This document shows positions 55,286-64,000 of a stretch of DNA of 64,000 bases, in pieces. The DNA comes from Eledone cirrhosa (taxonomy: Eukaryota). The notes beneath the pieces are model-generated. The model ran no database searches. It had not been told where the DNA came from and worked only from the letters and a program-made list of their open reading frames with translations. Location of the stretch: positions 54,808,001 to 54,872,000 of the forward strand of contig OZ024747.1 in the NCBI GenBank assembly GCA_964016885.1, given 5' to 3'. The number at the start of each line of letters is the position of its first letter. Position 1 is the first letter of the stretch. A program made the translations under genes and the position numbers.

Positions 55286-55783
55286 ACAAACCTCAATATC
55301 AACATAAATAAAAATCAGTCGTGACGTAAGTAATTGTTTTAAGAGTATGGAACATAAATCAGCCTCTGCAATGAACGAAAAACAAAAACATGAATTGTCT
55401 CTATCAATGTTTGAAATGTCTCATTGGAAAATTTTAGAATATAACAAATTCACTACTGCTAGTGAATCTGATATCTTTTAGAGATAATGCAGCGATCATT
55501 TTATAATGTTGATTATAGTGAACATATATTTCAATATATAACAACAGCAGGATGATGGATTAGCAGAATTGTTATAGCTTCATATAAAATGCATTGCGGC
55601 ATGTGAGTACGGTGCATTTACATTGTGAGTTCGTATCCCACCGAGGTCAACTTCGCCTTATACCATTACGTAATAGATAAACTAAAGTAAAAGTGAAGCT
55701 CTTGTCTCGATACAACCGGTTCTCCCCTCTCAACATAACTTTCTTAATTGTGCATACATTAGAATACATTATTATAAAAAAAG

Positions 55784-55973
55784 GGCGGGGGACTGGCAGT
55801 ATCAGTAGAAGGTCGGACGCCATGCTTTCCAGCATAGTTACGTCTCTTTACGGTCTGAGTTCAAATCCCGCCAAGGTTAACTTTGCCTTTCATCCTTACG
55901 GGGTAGATAAAATAAAGTACCAGTAATGTACTAGGTATTTGCTGGTCTTGTGCCTAAAGTAGAAACAATTATT
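55784..55973 (+). mobile_element. Full-length tRNA-derived SINE
   Basis: A- and B-boxes, core and tail as at 49480. Confidence 0.92.
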
Positions 55974-57271
55974 ATAAAGAAGGTGCACATAGAATGGGCT
56001 GAATGTATTTGCACATGCTGTAATTATTTCATAACTTAAACCTATGAAATAAATAGTCTAGTAGGAAGCTAAACCCAACTAATATCATTTATTTTAAATA
56101 CTGGAAATATTTTATAAAGGCTGGTTATTGTAGATTTGGTTGGTGAATTGGCAGTCATTAGGTCAATAAATATATTACTAGTCCAGCACTTGGATAGATT
56201 CTGTCTATGTCTCTATCTTTCTTACTCTCATTTTACTTTCCTATCTCGCCGTTTGTCTTGAAGAAATCGGCTGTGATCAGAACCAGGGAATGGTTCTGCC
56301 AGGTATAAATGCCTATATGTCTTCATATATCATGACGGTGTCGCTAGGACTCCTTTAAGAGTTCAGGATCCATCATTTAGCAGAGTAGATACATAATTAA
56401 TTATATAGTAGATGTTAAGACAGAATTTATTGAAGCTATTTACACACACTGCATGTCTATCACCGTTTATACCAATATCAAGTATGTATAAATCTTGAAA
56501 CATCACCGCGGACGATTGATTTAGAAATCAAATCCCTTTAAATCTCAACGTGTTTCTCATAAAAAGATACACTATACGTTAAAGTTATACAAATATTAAG
56601 GTGATTGTTCACGGCTGGCAAATGGCTGAAGAATATTCTTCACAAACTAGGCTATCCTGGGGCAAAAATGACTTTAAAAAACACATCTTGCTCCAATGGT
56701 CGACAGATACTCATCACCTCACATTCATAGTCGCATGCATATTTCAATCACCTCAATCTAATTGTATATGTATCAGGTACCGTATACAACAACGGAATAA
56801 ACGTATTGCATTTCTATCCCCGAGGCTCTTTCCTCACAGATGCAGATGGTTAATTTATAAGCTCGTCCTCGGGAAAAAGGATTCACATTTACACACATAC
56901 ACACATACATAGAATTACAGAAGCATATAGAAATATACATGGACACAATAAAACACACTTTACACGTTTAATTTAAACTGGAGGCAAAGACTGGAAAAAA
57001 GGTTAATATAGTTGGGGAGATACCTGTAATATCCAGCCGAAAAACTAGAATTACAGCAAAGGTAAAGGGATGAGGGAGAAATAAATAAAACGTGCGCGAT
57101 GGAGAGATAAACAATCTAAGATAGCAGATATGGTATAGAGAGGAGATTGCATCATTAAAGAAAAAAATGATGTGCATATCTACATATATCTATATCTACA
57201 CATACATATACTCGCACACACGCGCTCACACACACATGTATATATATGTATGTGTATGTGTGTGTGTGTGC

Positions 57272-58760
<1,489 letters not shown>

Positions 58761-58819
58761 TTGCAGCCATCATATACGTGTATATATATATGTGTGTGTA
58801 TATATGTATATATGTATGC

Positions 58820-58853
<34 letters not shown>

Positions 58854-59235
58854 CTCTGTGTGTATGTGTGTGTCTGTGTATGTATATATATATATATATA
58901 AACGAAAGCAGGGAAAGAGAGGGGTTACTCTGTAGAAACTAAAAGAACAAAGATATATTATGAGAATGGAAATAACGAAGATGAAAGTAATAGTATCGAT
59001 AGAAAAGGGAGTAAGAGTGAGAGGGGGAAAGAGACTGGTGAGAAAGAGGTAGAGATGGTAAGCGAGATGAAGAGAATAAACGGAGGAATGGGAAAAATTA
59101 AGAACGAATCTAAGAAACCATGACTTTAACTTAAATATATACTATGCACAGTGACCAATGAGGCATCGTAACATTTTTAGGAAACAGTTGTATATGAAAA
59201 GATGCACACGGAAAATGTCTAACGCAGTAAAAAGA

Positions 59236-59327
<92 letters not shown>

Positions 59328-59414
59328 GTTAAACAAGGTTCAATGAATTCATCAAGGAATAAAGTTTCACAATAGATTATAAGCACCCTACATTTACGTT
59401 TTCTGTAGTTATTA

Positions 59415-59760
59415 ATATTACTTTAAATTATTAATAAATATAGACATTCATGTGGTCAAATATATTTTATTATACATATTTCAGAGATACTGAGCTATTT
59501 CAACAGTACGTCCTCATCAGATAAAATAAGTTGATGCCTGACATACCTTAACCATGTTGATGGTCATAATTTAGTCATGCTTATAATTTAGTCATGACTG
59601 CCATGACTAAATTATAACCATCAACATAGTCAAGGTATGTCAGGCATCAACTTATTTTATCTGATGAGGACGTACTGTTGAAATAGCTCAGTACCTCTGA
59701 AATATATATAATAAAATATATGTGATCACATGAATGTCTATATTTATTAATATTTTGAAG

Positions 59761-59766
<6 letters not shown>
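59415..59766. mobile_element. ~350-bp foldback element in (TA)n with an HHR-like core on each arm
   Basis: Arms 59415-59597 and 59602-59766. CTGATGA-GGACGTACTGTT-GAAA at 59661-59683, inverted at 59498-59520. Confidence 0.8.
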
Positions 59767-59825
<59 letters not shown>

Positions 59826-59828
<3 letters not shown>

Positions 59829-60021
59829 GGAAATATGGTAAGGAACCAGGAGGGGCATAACGTACCAGAGTACACTATATTTAGGATAGTAGAGTTGGTA
59901 ATAGGAAAAGAGTTAGGAACCCTACGGCTGAGCTCCAGCCGTTTCGACAGCTATATCCGAACGTTTGGATCTAGCTGTCGAAACGGCCAGAGCTCAGCCG
60001 GCGGGGTCCTGACTCTTTTCC

Positions 60022-60024
<3 letters not shown>
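59826..60024. mobile_element. Foldback element of the 43600 family in (TA)n
   Basis: Palindrome 59901-60024 containing TAGCTGTCGAAACGG. The tail GGTAAGGAACCAG matches 43757-43770 in reverse. Confidence 0.8.
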
Positions 60025-60087
<63 letters not shown>

Positions 60088-60530
60088 TGTGTAAGAGGGG
60101 GTGAGAGAGAGTGTGTGTGTATGTGTGTGTGTGTGTGTGTGTGCGCGTGCGTGTCTATATATATATACAGTAAATGTATTTACAAATATACATTGACAGA
60201 TCTTCAGATGGATAATATATTAGGAGATAGATAAATAGGAGAATAGATAGATAGATCGATAGATAGATCAATCAATTTTTGGATGAATATGTGACTAGAA
60301 AGTTTCTTGGGTTGGTTGTATGGGTAGATATATTTCCGGGTGTACTGGCGAATATAATCCTCGAGTGCATCGACCTATAGATTTGATAGTTATGTGGATA
60401 CATAGATTGATACGTTGATTGATTGGTACATACATAAATTGATAGATCGATTGTCAGATCGTATAAAATAAAGCAGAGAAAGTGTGAGACAAGGGACTAA
60501 AAATATAAAATGTGACTTAATCAGTGAATG

Positions 60531-60585
<55 letters not shown>

Positions 60586-60586
<1 letters not shown>

Positions 60587-60773
60587 GTTATTCCGGGTTG
60601 AATCGGAGGTAACCACAGTAAGTAAGGTACTCAATACATAGCAGAGTATAACAGTTTTAATATAGATGAGATTCTACAGGACTAGAACTGTTTCATTCAT
60701 TAGAAATCATCAGGAATCTGTGATTCCTGATGATTTCTAATGAATGAAACAGTTCTAGTCCTGTAGAATCTCA

Positions 60774-60780
<7 letters not shown>
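60586..60780. mobile_element. (TA)n-embedded element ending in a perfect 59-bp-arm hairpin
   Basis: 60660-60718 is the exact reverse complement of 60722-60780. Confidence 0.9.
60722..60770 (+). ncRNA. Complete type I hammerhead ribozyme (mirror copy on minus strand 60670-60718)
   Basis: GATTC-CTGATGA-TTTC-TAAT-GAAT-GAA-ACAG-TTCTAGTC-CTGT-A-GAATC. Stem I 5 bp, stem II 3 bp, stem III 4 bp, GUA triplet. Confidence 0.88.
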
Positions 60781-60840
<60 letters not shown>

Positions 60841-60902
60841 TGTCAGTACTTTAAATAAAGCCCTTATTGAACAGCCAACCATGTTACTCTTCATTCTTTA
60901 AC

Positions 60903-60940
<38 letters not shown>

Positions 60941-61320
60941 CCTATGTGCCTGTGTCTATGTGTGTGTCTATGTGTGTGTGTGCATGTGTCTTTGTGTGTG
61001 TGTGTATATATGTACATATGTATACATACATATTTCAGAGAGCGAGAGAGACAAAGACATAGTAATTTAGACAGAAATGACATGCACACATACACACCCA
61101 CATATGCACACACACACACACATATATGTATACATAAATATATTTATATTTATATATGTATACATGTATATATGCCTGCTTGTGTGTGTAACCGTGAGTA
61201 TGTGTATGCCAAATTATATATTTATATATATATATACAGCAAAATGCAAAGTGGCTGGATCAATGCAAATGGAATGGTGGGGGAGATAGAAAGTTGAGAA
61301 AGAGACTGAGAGAGAGAGAT

Positions 61321-61395
<75 letters not shown>

Positions 61396-61851
61396 AAGTG
61401 AAAGAGACAAACAACGAGAGAGGAACAGATAGAGAAGTTGACAGAGTATTAGATAGAGAGAATGTATGTGATAGAGAGGAGCTAGCTTTAGGGAAAGGAG
61501 TAAAAGTGTGTGAAAGACAATTGGAAATTGAAACTCAATCGGATAAAGAACAATAAACATATCCATTTCATTTGGCGTGTGCATGTAAAATTATATCGAT
61601 TGGTCAACAACAACTGACCGCTCGATGAATTATGGCCCTAGTGAAGGGACTTGCCGTCTCTTTGATGTCCATCCGTCACCCTGTTATCAAAGGATTTAAT
61701 GGGCTGAGGCTAGCTTTTTATGACTGAGCACTTCCAACAGCGCGGCCATATTGGATATTTTTTGAATGTCATTCTTTTCACTCACCCTCTATGTTTGATT
61801 GCGTGCATGTTATATATACATACATATATACACAAACACTCACACATACAA

Positions 61852-61885
<34 letters not shown>

Positions 61886-61922
61886 GCGTTTGTGTATATA
61901 TGTATATAATATAAATCTATTT

Positions 61923-61967
<45 letters not shown>

Positions 61968-62314
61968 AAGAGGAGGGCGTGTGTGTGCGCGTGTGTGCGT
62001 GTGTGTGTACGTTTGTTTGAATATGCGTATGAATCATATAATGAATATATAGATACACTGATATGTACATAGCTCTCAGCTCAATACGTTTCCGCAGGTT
62101 TTTAGAACAAATGAAGCACATGTGCACACAAGGCTGCATATGCTAATGAAGAGTATGTCTGTACAAAGTACTAGAACACTTCATAGATGTACAATACATG
62201 CAGTTGACAGGGATGAAATAGAATTTGACTGGAATACATGCTCGCATACATCATTCATACACACTCACAGAGACAGACTCACACTCACACACACATACAC
62301 ACTCATACACACAA

Positions 62315-62350
<36 letters not shown>

Positions 62351-62385
62351 TACAATGACGTATTATATTCGTTTTTCCCGTTCTT

Positions 62386-62560
62386 TGCCAGGGAACGTTT
62401 CCACGAACCAAAGTATCGTCTTCCTGTCTTCCTCCGGTTGCAACGTTTTTTGAAATATTCACTTCTGCGTTCACAGATTGACTTTGTTAGTTTCAGAAGA
62501 TCCCGTTAAGGGTGAAAGCAGCAATTCTTTGCTTAAACTTTAATCTGTTATTTTAATAAA
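62386..62560 (+). mobile_element. Copy of the 44538 repeat family
   Basis: Direct similarity, also visible as matching ORF translations. Confidence 0.85.
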
Positions 62561-62631
62561 TACATATATATATATACACATTATATATATATATATGTAT
62601 ACATACACATACACTCACACACACACACACA

Positions 62632-62711
<80 letters not shown>

Positions 62712-63755
62712 AATATATTTTTCAAAGTATCCCCGTTTATTAAAATCTCTTAGCCAATGACATTCTTCCAAACCTCAAACCCCACCTTCCCCAACGACCA
62801 GAAGTCATAACATTATAACAGCTATTCAAGGACAGTCAGCTTTCCAGGTGATCTCTTTTCAATAGAACAATTCTAATCTTGCCGAAGCTAGACTCGACAA
62901 TATAGATAGGATATTTAGTAGCTTTCGTTCCAGCGCTAAGCCATCAAATCCCGTCGAGGGGGAATAATGATTCTCATACTGTCGAGGTCGATCAAAACAT
63001 TGATCTTCTTCACCCATTTCTCATTTCGATTCTATATTGCTCTCTGACAGAAATCGGGAGTGTTTTCCAAATATGGTAAGGGCATGGACTACACCATTTT
63101 TTAAACAAGAAATGACACATGTCCTACGCTACAGCTCCACCTGATGTTACGAATACTTTTCCTCTGCTGCTACACCGTCTTTTTCGTTCTATGTATCTTT
63201 ACACTTTCTAGCAGTCTCTTTCTCTGTTAGCCTCTTCCTCACCCTTCATTCACTCATTCTCTGTCACTACCCCTCCTCCTCCTCTTTCTTCCCGTTTGAC
63301 CTATGAGTAAATCTTTTCTCTCACATTCTCGGCCAAGCTGGTCGGAATTTTTTCTCTCTCGTCTACGATTTCACAGAACTTATGTTTAACGAATTCGCAG
63401 ACCAGACCCCTTCTTCCTCCCGTTAGACCTGTGCGAAATTCCTTCCTTGTTCACATTTCAACCAGGTTTGATGGTCTTTATTCTCTCGTTCACGATTTCA
63501 CCGAACTTAAATTCATAGACATCTGGGTCTTGTCTCCTTCTTCCTCACTTTCTGTTGCTTCACCATTTTGTTTGTTTACCCTCGCGTCCCCTTTATTTAC
63601 GTGTCCCAACGACTTTTTTTAGCCGTTGCTCGCACCAACCGGAGGTATATGGTCTTTAAAGCGATGAAATGCCTATGATAGTTGGAAGATCACTGATGAA
63701 GGACAAACTTTTTTCATATGTAACCCATTTGCAACTCCGCAGCGCCCTTATTATC

Positions 63756-63803
<48 letters not shown>

Positions 63804-64000
63804 ACAGGTAGAAAGAGACGATTATGAGGAAGAAAAATATTTTTTTGTTCCTTTTTTTGTCCCTCTCTCTCTCTTTTCTGCGTTAGAAAATGATTAAAAC
63901 GAAATGTGTTAGTTAGTGTGAAGTGTTAAGGTATTAGTTGATTTATTTATTATTTAACAATGGCATTTATTTATCTATTTATATATTTAATTATTGTGTA

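Noticed and set aside
63690-63745. CTGATGA as an HHR core
   Set aside because: No GAAA or stem III follows at a compatible position.

Overview
AT-rich eukaryotic, repeat-dominated DNA. I found no recognisable host protein-coding exon. The SINE families and the (TA)n/(CA)n density suggest a cephalopod, probably Octopus; this is my inference. The window contains a ~7 kb 72-bp satellite that appears to derive from a SINE core, a 40-bp minisatellite, many tRNA-derived SINEs, and decayed R4/Dong, Tx1 and RTE LINE fragments. It also holds one young, nearly intact Penelope-like retroelement of Naiad type (RT + GIY-YIG, 27160-32688), with hammerhead ribozyme (HHR)-bearing terminal repeats and a large 5' inversion. 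The most interesting pattern is a set of short non-coding elements from several sequence families, nearly all embedded in (TA)n tracts, which carry complete or partial type I HHR motifs. They form hairpins or partial tandem repeats. Among them are a retrozyme-like unit, an HHR family with a greatly extended stem II supported by covariation, and two loci that still hold Penelope RT-thumb coding fragments. Most short ORFs in the supplied track are microsatellite artefacts. All alignments and folds were done by eye, so coordinates of degenerate features are approximate.
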